In this document: in pieces, positions 13,701 to 29,213 of the stretch
Numbering within the stretch: the stretch's first letter is position 1
Layout: each line of letters starts with the position of its first letter
Source: the human T2T-CHM13v2.0 reference genome, Homo sapiens
Strand: one strand, 5' to 3'
Length of the DNA: 64,000 nt
Assembly (NCBI RefSeq): GCF_009914755.1
Contig: NC_060927.1
Notes under the pieces: model-generated
Told to the model about the DNA's origin: nothing
Seen by the model: only the letters and a program-made list of their open reading frames with translations
Database searches by the model: none
Made by a program: the position numbers and the translations under genes

Positions 13701-16700
13701 GTGATCAGTGCAGAGATGTGTCACAACACCCCTGTAGCCAGAGCCTAGACCAGAGTTACATCACCTGGGTGATCAGTGCAGAGATATGTCATAAATCCCA
13801 CTGTAGGCAAAGCCTAGACAAGTTTTACATCACCTCAGCGATCAGTGCAGAAATATGCCCCAATATCCCTCTAGGCAGAGCTTAGACAAGAGTCACATCT
13901 CCTGGGTGATCAGTGCAGAGAAAAGTCACAATGCCCCCGTAGGCAGAGCATAGACGAGAGTTCCATAACCCGGGTGATCCGTGCAGAGTGATGTCACAAC
14001 GCCCTCTGTAGGCAGAGACTAGAAAAGAGATACATCACCTGGGTGATCAGTGCAGATATATGTCACAATACCCGCTGTAGGCAGAGCATAGAGAAGAGTG
14101 GCATCACCTCGGTGATCAGTGCAGATATATGTCACAATGTCCCCTGCAGGCAAAGCCTAGGCAAGAGTTACATCACGTTTGTCATCAGTTTAGGGATATG
14201 TGAAAACGCCCCTGTAGGCAGAGCCTAGACAAGAGTTACATCACCTAGTTAATCAGTGCAGAGATATTTCACAATACACCCTGTAGGCAGTTACTAGGCA
14301 AGAGTTGAATCACCTGGGTGATCAGTGCAGAGATATTTCACAATGCCCCCTTTGGGCAGAGGGTAGACAAGAGTTACATCACCTAGGTGATCCGTGCAGA
14401 GATTTGTCAAAATTCCCTTTGGCAGTGCTCATAAAAGTGTTACATCACCTAAGTGATCAGTGTAAAGATATGTCACAAAGCTCCTGTAGGCAGAACTTAG
14501 ATGAGTTACGTCACCTGGGAGATCAGTGCAAAGGTATGTCACAAAACCCCATGTAGGCAAAGCCTAGACAATAGTTCCATCACTTGGGTGATCAGTGGCG
14601 AGATCTCTCACAATACCCCTGTAGGCAGAGCTTATACAACAGTTACATCATCTGGGTTATCAGTGCAGAGATATGTCACAATGCCCCCATAGGCAGATCC
14701 AAGACAAGAGTCCGTCACCTGGGTGATCAGTGCAGAGATATGTGAGAATTCCCGTGTAGGCAGTGTCTAGACAAGAGTTACATCACCTAGGATATCAGTG
14801 CAGGTATAAGTCATAAAGCCTCCTGTAGGCAGAGCATACACAAGAGTTCCCTCCCCAGGGTGATCAGTGCAGAGATGTGTCACAAAGCCCCTGTAGGCAG
14901 AGCCTAGACAAGAGTTTCATCACTTGGTTGATCAGTTCAGAGATGTGTCACAATCTCCATGTAGGCAGATCTAAGACAAGAGTCCATTACCTGGGTGATC
15001 AGTGCAGAGATATGTACCAATGTCCCCTGAAGGCAGTGCCTAGACAAGAGTTGCATCACCTCAGATGTCAGTGCATAGATATGTCACAAAGCCTTCTGTA
15101 GGCAAAGCCCATACAAGGCTTACATCACCTAGGTGATCAGTGCAGTGATATGTCACAAAAATCCCTGTAGACAGAGCCTAGAAAAGAGTTACATCACCTG
15201 GGTTATCAGTGCAGATATTTGACACAATGCCCCCATAGACAGAGCCTAGACAAGACTTCCATCACCTGGTTGATCAGTGCAGAGATATGTCACAAATTCC
15301 CCTCTAGGCAGAGTATAGAGAAGAGTCCCATCACCTGGGTGATCAGTGCAGAGATATGTCATAAATCTCACTGTAGGCAAAGCCTAGACAAGTTTTACAC
15401 CACCTCAGCGATCAGTGCAGGGATATGTCCCAATGTCCCTCAAGGCAGAGCTTAGACAAGAGTCACATCTCCTGGGTGATCAGTGCAGAGATAAGTCACA
15501 ATGACCCCGTAGGCAGAGCCTAGACAATAGTTACATAACCCGGGTGATCCGTGCAGAGTCATGTCACAACGCCCTCTGTAGGCAGAGACTAGAAAAGAGT
15601 TACATCACATTTGTGATCAGTGCAGAGATATGTCACAATGCCCCCTGTAGGCAGAGCATAGAGAAGAGTTGCAACACCTGGGTGATCAGTGCAGAGATAT
15701 GTCACAAAGCTCCTGTAGGCAGAACTTAGATGAGTTACATCACCTGGGAGATCAGTGCAAAGGTATGTCACAAAGCCCCATGTAGGCAAAGCCTAGACAA
15801 CAGTTACATCACTTGGGTGATCAGTGGCGAGATCTCTCACAATTCCCCTGTAGACAGAGCTTATACAACAGTTACATCACCTGGGTGATCAGTGCAGAGA
15901 TATGTCACAATGCCCCCATAGGCAGATCCAAGGCAAGAGTCCGTCACCTCGGTGATCAGTGCAGAGATATGTGAGAATTCCCGTGTAGGCAGAGCCTAGA
16001 CAAGTGTTACATCAACTAGGTTATCAGTGCAGGTATAAGTCATAAAGCCTCCTGTAGGCAGAGCGTAGACAAGAGTTCCCTCCCCAGGGTGATCAGTGCA
16101 GAGATGTGTCACAAAGCCCCTGTAGGCAGAGCCTAGACAAGAGTTTCATCACTTGGTTGATCAGTTCAGCGATGTGTCACAATGTCCACGTAGGCAGATC
16201 TAAGTCAAGACTCCATCACCTGGGTGATCTGTGCAGAGATATGTACCAATGTCCCCTGTAGGCAGTGCCTAGACAAGAGTTGCATCACCTCAGAGATCAG
16301 TGCAGAGATATTTCACAAAGCCTTCTGTAGGCAAAGCCCATACAAGGCTTACATCACCTAGGTGATCAGTGCAGTGATATGTCAAAAAAATCTCCGTAGA
16401 CAGAGCCTAGAAAAGAGGTACATCACCTGGGTGATCAGTGCAGATATTTGACAGAATGCCCCCATAGACAGAGCCTAGACAAGGCTTCAATCTCTTGGGT
16501 GATCAATGCAGAGATATGTCACAAAACGCCCTCTAGGCAGAGTATAGAGAAGAGTCCCATGACCTGGGAGATCAGTGCAGAGATATTTCACAAAGCCTTC
16601 TGTAGGCAAAGCCCATACAAGGCTTACATCACCTAGGTGATCAGTGCAGTGATATGTCAAAAAAATCTCCGTAGACAGAGCCTAGAAAAGAGGTACATCA

Positions 16701-19700
16701 CCTGGGTGATCAGTGCAGATATTTGACAGAATGCCCCCATAGACAGAGCCTAGACAAGACTTCCATCACCTTGGCGATCAGTGCAGAGATATGTCACAAA
16801 TCCCCCTCTAAGCAGAGTACAGAGAAGAGTCCCATCACCTGATTGATCAGTGCAGAGATGTTTCACAATGTCCCCTGTAGGCAGAGAGTGGACAAGGCTT
16901 ACATAACCTAGGTGATCTGTGCAGAGCTATGTCAAAACGCCCCTGTAGGCAGAGCCTAGATAAATGTTACATCACCTGGGTGATCAGCGCAGAGATAGGT
17001 CACAATACCCCTGTAGGTGGAGCCTAGACAAGAGTTACATCAACTGGGTGATCAGTGCAGAGATATGTCACAAATCCCTGATAGGCAGAGCCTAGACAAG
17101 AGTCCCATCACCTGGATGATCATTGCAGAGTTATGTCACAAAGCCCCCTTTTGACAGAGCCTAGACAAGGGTTACATCACCTGGGTGATCATTGCAGAGA
17201 TGTGTCACAAGCCCCCTGTAGCCAGAGCCTGGAAAAGAGTTACATCTGCTGTGTGATCAGTGCAGTGACATTTCACAATGTCCCTGTAGCCATATCCTTG
17301 AGAAAAGTGACATCACCTGGGTGATCAGTGCGGAGATATATCACATTGTCTCCAGTAGGCAGAGCCTAGACAAGAGTTACATCACCTGGGTGATCAGGGC
17401 AGAGATATGTCACAATGACCCCTGTAAGCAGATATGAGACAAGAGTTGCATCACCTCGGTGATCAGTGCAGATTTATGTCTCAATGCACCTTTTCAGCGA
17501 AGCCTATACAAAAGTTACATCATCTCGGTGATCAGTGCAGTGATATGTTAAAATGCCCCTGTAGGCAGAGCCTAGACAAGAGTTACATCACCTGGGTGAT
17601 CAGTGCAGAGATATCTCATAATACTCCCTTTAAGCAGAACCTAGACAAGAGTTACATCACCTGGGTGATTAATGCAGAGCAATGTCATAAATCCCACGTA
17701 GGTAAAGCCTAGACAAGTTTTATATAACCTCAGCGATCAGTGCAGAGATATGTCCCAATGTCCCTCTAGGCAGAGCTTAGAAAAGGGTCACACCTCCTGA
17801 GTGATCAGTGCAGAGATAAGTCACAATGCCCCCATAGGCAGAGCCTAGAGGAGAGTTACATAACCCTGGTGATCCGTGCAGAGTGATGTCACAACGCCCT
17901 CTGTAGGCAGAGACTAGAAAAGAGTTACATCACCTGGGTGATCAGTGCAGAGATACGTCACAATGTCCCCAGGAGGCAGAGCATAGAGAAGAGTTCCATC
18001 ACATGGGTGATCAGTGCAGAGATATGTCAAAATGTCCCCTGTAGGCAGAGCATAGAGAAGAGTTGCATCACATGGGTGATCAGGGCAGAGATATGTCAGA
18101 ATGTCCCCTGTAGGCAGAGCATAGAGAAGAGTTGCATCACCTGGGTGATCAGTGCGGAGATATGTCACAATGTCCCCTGTAGGCAAAGCCTAGGCAAGAG
18201 TTGCATCACCTAGGTGATCAGTGCAGATATATGTCCAATGTCCCCTGTAGGCAAAGCCTAGGCAAGAGTTACATCACCTTTGTCATCAGTTCAGGGATAT
18301 GTGAAAATGCCCCTGTAGGCAGAGGCTAGAGAAGAGTTACATCACTTTGTTGATCAGTGCAGATATGTTTCACAATACCCCCTGTAGGCAGATCTTAGAC
18401 AAGAGTTGAATCACCTTGGTGATCAGTGCAGAGATATTTCACAATGCCCCCTTTAGGCAGAGGGTAGACAAGAGATACATCACCTAGGTGATCCGTGCAA
18501 AGATTTGTCAAATTTCCCTGAAGGCAGTGCTTATAAAAGTGTTACATCAGCTAAGTGATCAGTGCAGAGATATGTCACAAAGCTCCTGTAAGCAGAATTT
18601 AGATGAGTTACATAACCGGGTGATCATTGCACAGGTATGTCACAAAGCCCCCTGTAGGCAAAGCCTAGACAATAGTTCCATCACTTGGGTGATCAGTGGC
18701 GAGGTCTCTCAAAATTCCCCTGTAGGCAGAGCTTATACAAGAGTTACATCACCTAGGTGATCAGTGCAGAGATATTTCACAATGCTCTTGCAGGCAGAGC
18801 GTAAGCAAGAGTTACATCACCTAGATGATCAGCGCAGAGATATGTCACAAGGCCCCCTATAGGCAGAGCCTGGACAAGAGTTACATCACCTCGGTGATCA
18901 ATGCAGCGATATGTCACTATGCCCCGTAGGCAGAGCCTAGTCAAGCGTTACATCACCTGGGTGATCAGTGCACATATATGTCACAAAGCCCCCATACACA
19001 GAGCCTAGACGAGAGTCCCATCACCTGGGTATTCAGTGCAGAGTTCTGTCACAAATTCCCTTTAGGCAGATCCTAGACAAGTGTTACATCACTTGGATGA
19101 TCAGTGTAAAGATATGTCACAATGTCACTGTAGGCAGAGTCTAGACAAGAGTTACATGACGTAGGTGATCAGTGCAGAGATACATCGCAATGTCCCTGTA
19201 GGCAGAGCCTTGACAAGTGGTACATCACCTGGGTGATCATTGCAGGGATATGTCACAAATCACCCTGTAGGCAGATCCTACAAAAGAGTTACATCACCTA
19301 GGTGATCAGTGCAGAGATTTGTCAAAATTCCCTGTGGGCAGTGCTTATATAAGTGTTGCATCACCTAAGAGATCAGTGCAGAGATACGTCACAAAGCTCC
19401 TGTAGGCAGAATTTAGATGAGTTTACATCACCTCGGTGATCAGTGCAAAGCTATGTCACAAACCCCCTGTAGGCAAAGCCTAGACAATAGTTACATCACT
19501 TGTGTGATCAGTGGTGAGATCTCTCACAATTCCCCTGTCGGCAGAGATTATACAATAGTTACATCACCTGGGTGATCAGTGCAGAGATATGTAACAGTAC
19601 CCCCATAGGCAGATCCAAGACAAGAGTCCGTCACCTGGGTGATCAGTGCAGAAATATGTCACAAAGCCCCCTTAGGCAGAGCCTAGACAAAAGACCCATC

Positions 19701-21431
19701 ACCTGGATGATTAGTGCAGAGTTATGTCACAAAGTCCCTTTAGGCAGATCTTAGACAAGAGTTACATCACTTGGATGATCAGTGCAGAGATATGTCACAA
19801 TGCCATTGTAAGCAGAGCCTAGATAAGTGTTACATGACCTAGGTGAACACTGCAGGGATACATCGCAATGTCCCTGTAGGCAGAGCCTTGACAAGTGGTA
19901 CATCACCTTGGTGATCATTGCAGGGATATGTCACAAGGCACCCTGTAGGCATATCCTAGAAAAGAGTTACATCACCTGGGTGATCAGTGCAGAGATATGT
20001 CACAATGCCACTGTAGGCAGAGCCTAGACAAGAGTTACATGACCTAGGTGATCAGTGCAGAGATACATCGCAATGCCCCTGTAGGTAGAGCCTTGGCAAG
20101 TGTCATATCACCTGGGTGATCATTGCAGGGATATGTCACAAGGCACCCTGTAGGCATATCCTAGAAAAGAGTTACATCACCTGGGTGATCAGTGCAGAGA
20201 TATGTCACAATGCCACTGTAGGCAGAGCCTAGACAAGAGTTACATGACCTAGGTGATCAGTGCAGAGATACATCGCAATGCCCCTGTAGGCAGAGCCTTG
20301 ACAAGTGGTATATCACCTGGGTGATCATTGCAGGGATATGTCACAAAGCACCCTGTAGGCAGATCCTAGAGAAGAGTTATATCACCTGAGTGATCAGTGC
20401 AGAGATATGTCACAAGCCCCCTGTAGGCAGAGCCTAGACAAGAGTTATATCACCTGGGTGATCAGTGCAGTGATATGTCACAATGCCGTGCAGCCAGAGC
20501 CTAGACTAAACTTACAGCACCTGGGAGATCAGTGCAGAGATATGTCACAATGTCCACAGTAGGCAGAGACCAGGCAAGAGTTGGATCACCTCGGGATCAG
20601 TGCAGAGATATGTCTCAATCCCCCTGTGGGCACAGCCTAGACAAGAGTTACATCACCTAGGTTAACAGTGCAGAGATATGTCGAAATGCCCTGTAGGCAG
20701 AACCTACACAAGTGTTACATCACTTAGGTAATCAGTGCAGAGATATGTCACAATACCCCCTGTAAGCAGAGCCTAGACAAGAGTTAGATCACCTGGGTGA
20801 ACAATGAAGAGATATGTGGCAACGCCCCTTTAAGCAGAGCCTAGACAATAGTTACATCACCTGAGTGATCAGTGCAGAGATCTGTCACAATGCCCCTTTA
20901 GGCAGAGCTCAGAACAGAGTTACATCACCTGGGTGATCAGTGCGGATATATGTCACAATGTCCCCATAGGCAAATCCAAGACAAGGGTCTGTCACCTGGG
21001 TGATCAGTGCAGAAATATGTGACAATGCCCCCAGTAGGCAGAGCCAAGAGAAGAGTCCCACTACCTGGGTGATCAGTGCAGAGATATGTGACAAGGACCC
21101 TTTAAGAAGAACCTAGACTATAGTTACATCACCTGAGTGATCAGTGCAGAGATCTGTCACAATGACCCTTTAGGCAGAGCTTAGACCAGAGTTACATCAC
21201 CTGCGTGATCAGTGCAGAGATATTTCACAATGCCCCCATAGGCAGATCCAACACAAGAGTTACATCACCTGGGTGATCAGTGTAGAGATATGTCACAATG
21301 CCCCCATAGGCATAGCCTAGAAAAAAGTCCCATCACCTGGGTGATCAGTGCAGAGATATGTCACAAAGTCCCAGTAGGCAGAGCCTAGACAAGGTTTACA
21401 TCACTTTGTTGATCAGTTCCGAGATGTGTCA
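10731..21431 (+). repeat. Beta satellite (BSR, 68-bp Sau3A family) array 1
   Basis: 68-69-bp monomers of type GATCAGTGCAGAGATATGTCACAATGCCCCTGTAGGCAGAGCCTAGACAAGAGTTACATCACCTGGGT, with a GATC site in most monomers. Confidence 0.96.
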
Positions 21432-22046
21432 TGCTGACTGTTTGATCCCGGAGCTCTGTGGGCACCAGTAAACATGCAGGGAAGGGTGGAAGAAAGGCAT
21501 GGTGCCTTCGCTCTACTTGCCAGTTTCCAAACCGGCCACACAGCAGACTCCCCATGTTGCCGCACAAGGGAATCCTACGTCAAGCCATCACGCTGGGGAG
21601 GCATCTTCTCTCTGGTGTCTTGCTGTAGTCTCCTATGTGGAAATGAACGAGAGCCACACGCCTGCGTGTGTGAGACTGTCCTGGCAATGGCGACACCCAC
21701 AGGCACTGCCTCCTTCAGGGAGAGAGGGCCTGGAACACTCAAGACTCCCACGGAGGTTCAGTTCCACACTCCTTTCCACTCTCCCAGGCCGGTTTCTCCC
21801 TGCTGAAGACGCGTGGGAGCCCAGAGAGCGGTTTCCAGTTCCCGCGGGATTCCTGGAGAGGTCCGGAGAGCCAGCCCCCGAAACGCAACCCCCTCACGCC
21901 TTCCACCTCGCCCCCTTCCTCTTCGTCTCTCCGGCCCCACCACCACCATCTCCACGCCCTCCCCCCCCACCCCATCACAGCCCGGCGGCAGTCCTCGACG
22001 CCCTGGGACCCTTCCGGGGTGGGGCAGGCTGTCCCAGTGCTCACTG

Positions 22047-23497
<1,451 letters not shown>

Positions 23498-24200
23498 GAC
23501 GCGGGGTTGGGACGAGGTCGCATCGGGGCAGGGCGTTGGCATCTCTTTCGCGGGGAACACCTGGCTTGCTATGGAAGGGCGTATCTTCCCCCTGCCCCCT
23601 CCACCGGCTGACCAGCCTGGGATTCCTGCCTTCTAGGTGTAGGCCCGGTGAGAAAATCCACCCAGCGAAAAACTTCCATTCTTTCCTGGACATCCCGGGG
23701 ATCCCAGACCCGGCCCAGGTACCAGCAGGTGGGCCGCCTACTGTGCACGCGCGTGTTTGTGGGCAGCCGCCTGGGATGTGGGAGCAGCCCGAGCAGAGCT
23801 CTCATGCCTTTCCACCACCCCACCCCCACCTGACCACCCCCACACCACCCTCACCACCCACCCCCAGAAAATGCGTCCTCCCCTGGGCTGAGTGGAGACC
23901 CCCGTCCCGTGAAACACCGTGCTCGCGCAGCGTCCAGGCCTGACACCCCACCGGCGGCTCGCCTCCGTTGCGCATCCACGCCACCATCGCCAGCCCGCCC
24001 GTGCCCCTGCAGCCTCCCAGCTGTCACCATGGAGCGCCCAGCGGCGGAACGCACACGTCTAGCTCTCTTTGCCAGCCTCCTGGCTAGACCTGCAATAATT
24101 GTGCACCCCAGCTGACGTTCAAGGGAGACCGCTGGCCTCTCTGGGCCCTTGTCCATCTGTGAAATTCCGGCTGAGGCTCTCCCAACACCTTCCGACGCTC

Positions 24201-27200
24201 TTTAGTCAAAGCCTGGAGAATAGTTACATCTCCTGGATGATCAGTTCAGAAATATGTCACAATGCCCTCTCCATGCGGAGCCTAGAGAAGATTTGCATCT
24301 TTTGGGTGATCAGTGCAGAGATATTTCACAATGTCCCCTGTTCTAAAAGCCTGGAAATGATTTACATCACCTCGGTGATCAGTGCATAGGTATGTCAGAA
24401 ATCCCCAGTAGGCTGAACCTAGACAAGGGTTACATCACTTAGGTGATCAGTGTAGAGATATGTGAAATTTCCCATGTAGACAGAGCCTAGACAAGTGTTA
24501 CATCTCCTAGTGATCTGTGCAGGGATAAGTCGTAAAGCCTCTTGTAGGCAGAGTGTAGACAAGTGTTTCCTCCCTGGGGTGATCAGTGCAGAGATATGTC
24601 ACAAAGCCCCTGTAAGCAGAACCTTCACAAGGGTTACATCACCTGTTTGATCAGTGGAAATATATATCACAAAGCCCCCTGTAGGCAAAGACCAGACAAT
24701 TGTTACATCACCTGGGTGAGCAGTGGAGAAATCTGTCACAATGCCCTTGTAGGCAGAGCTTAGACAAGGGTTACATCACCTGGGTGATCAGCGCAGAGAT
24801 ATGTCAAAACGCTCCTGTAGGCTGAACCTAGACAGGAGTTACATTACCTGTGTGATCAGTGCAGAGATATCTGAGAATTCCCGTGTAGGCAGAGCCTAGA
24901 CAAGTGTTACATCACCTAGGTTGTCAGTGCAGGTATAAGTCATAAAGCCTCCTGTAGGCAGAGCATACACAAGAGTTCCCTCCCCAGGGTGATCAGTGAA
25001 GAGATGTGTCACAAAGCCCCTGTAGGCAGAGCCTAGACAAGAGTTTCATCACTTCGTTGATCAGTTCAAGATATGTCACAATGTCCATGATGCCAGATCT
25101 AAGACAAGAGTCCATCACCTGGGTGATCAGTGCAGAGATATGTACCAATGTCCCCTGTAGGCAGTGCCTAGACAAGAGTTGCATCACCTCAGAGATCAGT
25201 GCATAGGTATGTCACAAACCCTTCTGAAGGCAAAGCCCATACAAGGCTTACATCAACTAGGTGATCAGTGCAGTGATATGTCACAAAAATCCCTGTAGAC
25301 AGAGCCTAGAAAAGAGTTACATCACCTGGGTGATCAGTGCAGATATTTGACACAATGCCCCCATAGACAGAACCTAGACAAGGCTTCAATCTCTTGGGTG
25401 ATCAATGCAGAGATATGTCACAAATTCCCCTCTAGGCAGAGTATAGAGAAGAGTCCCATGACCTGGGAGATCAGTGCAGAGATATTTCACAATACTCCTG
25501 TAGGCAGACAGTGGACAAGAGTTACATAACCTAGGTGATCTGTGCAGAGCTATGTCAAAACGCCCCTGTAGGCAGAGCCTAGATAAATGTTACATCTCCT
25601 GGGTGATCAGTGCAGACATACGTCACAATACCCCCTGTAGGTGGAGCCTAGACAAGAGTTACATCACCTGGGTGATCGATGCAGAGATATGTCACAAAGC
25701 CCCTGTAGGCAGAGCCTAAACAAGAGTTACATCTCCAGGGTGATCAGTGCAGAAATATATCACAAAGCCCCTGTAGGCGGAGCCTAGACAAGAATTACAT
25801 CTCCTGGGTGATCAGTGCAAACATATGTCACAAAGCCCCCTGTGGACAAATCCCAGAAAATTGTTACATCACCTGGGTGATCAGTGGAGTTATCTGTCAC
25901 AATTCCCTTCTAGGCGCAGCTTAGACAAGCGTTACATCACATGAGTGATCAGTGCAGAGATATGTCACTATGACCCCATAGGCAGATCGAAGACAAGAGT
26001 CCATCACCTGGGTGATCAGTGCAGAGATATGTCATAAATACCACAGTAGGCAAAGCCTAGACAAGTTTTACATCAGCTGGGTGAACATTGCAGAGATATG
26101 TCCCAATGTCCCTCTAGGCAGAGCTTAGACAAGAGTCACATCTCCTGGGTGATCAGTGCAGGGATAAGTCACAATGCCCCAGTAGGCAGAGCCTAGACAA
26201 GAGTTACATAACCCGGGTCAACCGTGCAGAGTGATGTCAAAAGGCCCTCAGTAGGCAGAGCCTAGACAAGAGTTACATAACCCGGGTGATCCGTGCAGAG
26301 TGATGTCACAACGACCTCTGTAGGCAGAGACTAGAAAAGAGTTACATCACCTGGGTGATCAGTGCAGAGATATTTCTCAACGCCCCCTTTGGGCAGAGGG
26401 TAGACAAGAGTTATATCACCTAGTTGATCAGTGCAGAGATTTGTCAAAATTCCCTGTAGGCAGTGCTTATAAACGTGTTACATCACCTAAGTGATCAGTG
26501 CAGAGATATGCCACAAAGCTCCTGTAGGCAGAACTTAGATGAGTTACATCACCTGGGTGATCAGTGCAAAGTTGTGTCACAAAGCCCCCTATAGGCAAAG
26601 CCTAGACAATAGTTACATCACTTGGGTGATCAGTGGCGAGATCTCTCACAATTACCCTGTAGGCAGCAGAGCTTATACAACCGTTACATCATCTGGGTGA
26701 TCAGTGCAGAGGTATGTCACAATGCCCCCATAGGCAGATCCAAGACAAGAGTCCATCACCTGGGTGATCAGTGCAGAAATATGTCACAATGCCCCCTTAG
26801 GCAGAGCCTACACAAAAGCCCCATCACCTGGATGATCAGTGCAGGGTTATGTCACAAAGTCCCCTTAGGCAGATTCTAGACAAGAGTTACATCACTTGGA
26901 TGATCAGTGCAGAGATATGTCACAATGTCACTGTAGACAGAGTCTAGACAAGAGTTACATGACCTAGGAGATCAGTGCAGAGATACATCGCAATGTCCCT
27001 GTAGGCAGAGCCTTGACAAGTGGTACATCACCTGGGTGATCATTGCAGGGATATATCACTAAGCACCCTGTAGGCAGATACTAGAAAAAAGTTACAGCAC
27101 CTGGGTGGTCAGTGCAGAGATATGTCACGATGCCATTGTAGGCAGAGCCTAGGCAAGAGTTAAATGACCTAGGTGATCAGTGCAGAGATACATCACAATG

Positions 27201-28487
27201 CCCCTGCAGGCAGATTCTTGACAAGTGGTATATCACCTGGGTGATCATTGCAGGGATATGTCACAAAGCACCCTGTGGGCAGATCCTAGAGAAGAGTTAT
27301 ATCACCTGGGTGATCAGTGCAGAGATATGTCACAAGAACCCTGTAGGCAGAGCCTAGACAAGTATTATATCACCTGGGTGATCAGTGCAGTGATATGTCA
27401 CAATGCCGTGTAGCCAGAGCCTAGACTAAAGTTACAGCACCTAGGAGATCAGTGCAGAGATATGTCACAATGTCCCCAGTAGGCAGAGACCAGGCAAGAG
27501 TTGGATCACCTCGGGATCGGTGCAGAGATATGTCTCAATCCCCCTGTGGGCACAGCCTAGACAAGAGTTACATCACCTCAGTGAACAGTGCAGAGATCTG
27601 TCAGGATGCCCCTGTAGGCAGAGCCTACACAAGTGTTACATCACTTTGGTGATCAGTGCAGAGATATGTCACGATACCCCCTGTAAGTAGAGACTACACA
27701 AGAGTTACATCACCTGGGTGGTCAGTGCAGAGATATGTGGCAACGCCCCTTTAAGCAGAGCCTAGACAATAGTTACATCACCTGAGTGATCAGTGCAGAG
27801 ATCTGTCACAATGCCCTTTTAGGCAGAGCTTAGACCAGAGTTACATCACCTGGGTGATCAGTACAGAGACATGTTACAATGCCCCCATAGGCAAATCCTA
27901 GACAAGAGTCCGTCACCTGGGTGATCAGTGTAGAAATATGTGACAATGCCCAAGGAGGCAGAGCCTAGAAAAGAGTCCCATCACCTGGGTGATCAGTGCA
28001 GAGATATTTCACAATGCTCCTGCAGGCAGAGCATAAGCAAGAGTTACATCACATAGATGATCAGTGCAGAGATTTGTCACAAGGCCCCCTATAGTCAGAG
28101 GCTCGACAAGAGTTACGTCACCTCGGTTATCAATGCAGTGATATGTCACTATGCCTCATAGGCAGAGCCTAGTCAAGCGTTACATCACCTGGGTGATCAG
28201 TGCAGAGATATGTCACAAAGCTCCCATACACAACGCCTAGACAAGTGTCCCATCACCTGGGTGATCAGTGCAGAAATATGTCACAATGCCCCCATAGGCA
28301 GATCCAACACAAGAGTTACATCACCTGGGTGATCAGTGTAGAGATATGTCACAATGCCCCCATAGGCAGAGCCTAGACAAAAGTCCCATCACCTGGATGA
28401 TCAGTGCAGAGATATCTTCCAAAGCCCCTGAAGGCAGAGCCTAGAGAAAAGTAACATCACTTTGTTGATCAGTTCAGAGATGTGTCA
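24201..28487 (+). repeat. Beta satellite array 2
   Basis: 68-bp monomers; the first ~1 kb is colinear with 10731-11800. Confidence 0.96.
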
Positions 28488-29213
28488 TGCTGACTGTTTG
28501 CTCCCGGAGCTCTGCGGGCACCCGGAAACATGCAGGCAAGGTGGAAGACTGGCATTGTGCCTTCGCTCTCCTTGCCAGTTTCCAAAACTGCCACACCGAA
28601 GACTCCCCATGTTGCCGCACACGGGAATCCATCATCAGTCCATCACGCTGGGGAGGCATCTTCTCTCTGGGGTCTCGCTCTGGTCTCCTACGTGGAAATG
28701 AACGAGAGCCACACGCCTGCCCCTGTGACACTGTCCCGGCAACGGCGACACCCACAGGCACTGCCACCTTCACGGAGAGAGGGCCTGGAACACAGCAGAC
28801 TCCCACGGAGATTCAGTCCCACACTCCCCTCCACCCTCCCAGGCCGGTTTCTCCCTGCTGAAGACGCGTGGGAGCCCAGAGAGCAGCTTCCAGTTCCCGC
28901 CTGATTCCTGGAGAGGTCGGCAGAGCCAGCCCCGGAAACGCGCCCCTCTCACCACTTCCCCCTCGCCCCCTTCATCTTCGTATCTCCAGCCCCACCACCG
29001 CCATCACCACACCCTCCCCCCCAACACAACCACCCCACAGCCGCAGGCCTCGACGCCCTGGGACCCTTCCGGGGTGGGGCGTGCTGTCCCAGGGCTCACC
29101 GCCATTCATGAAGGGGTGGAGCCTGCCTGCCTGCAGGCCTTCATAATAGCCGCTGGCTGGCTGTCCGGGCAGGCCTCCTGGCTGCACCTGCCGCAGTCCA
29201 CAGGCTGGATGAG
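28488..29213 (+). repeat. D4Z4-like fragment: upstream/promoter portion only, truncated before the DUX4 ATG
   Basis: Colinear with 21432-22160, same 5' junction, ends at CAGGCTGGATGAG and resumes beta satellite. Confidence 0.9.
29102..29128 (+). promoter_or_regulatory. Intact 27-bp D4Z4 binding element (YY1-type CCAT core plus GC box)
   Basis: Reads CCATTCATGAAGGGGTGGAGCCTGCCT, matching the D4Z4 element as recalled. The downstream TATA-like position is altered to TTCATAAT. Confidence 0.75.

Noticed and set aside
23811-23866. C-rich tracts with G-quadruplex potential on the minus strand (also ~21940-21980 and 10340-10396)
   Set aside because: A general property of D4Z4/LSau sequence; runs are irregular and differ between copies, so nothing specific can be claimed.
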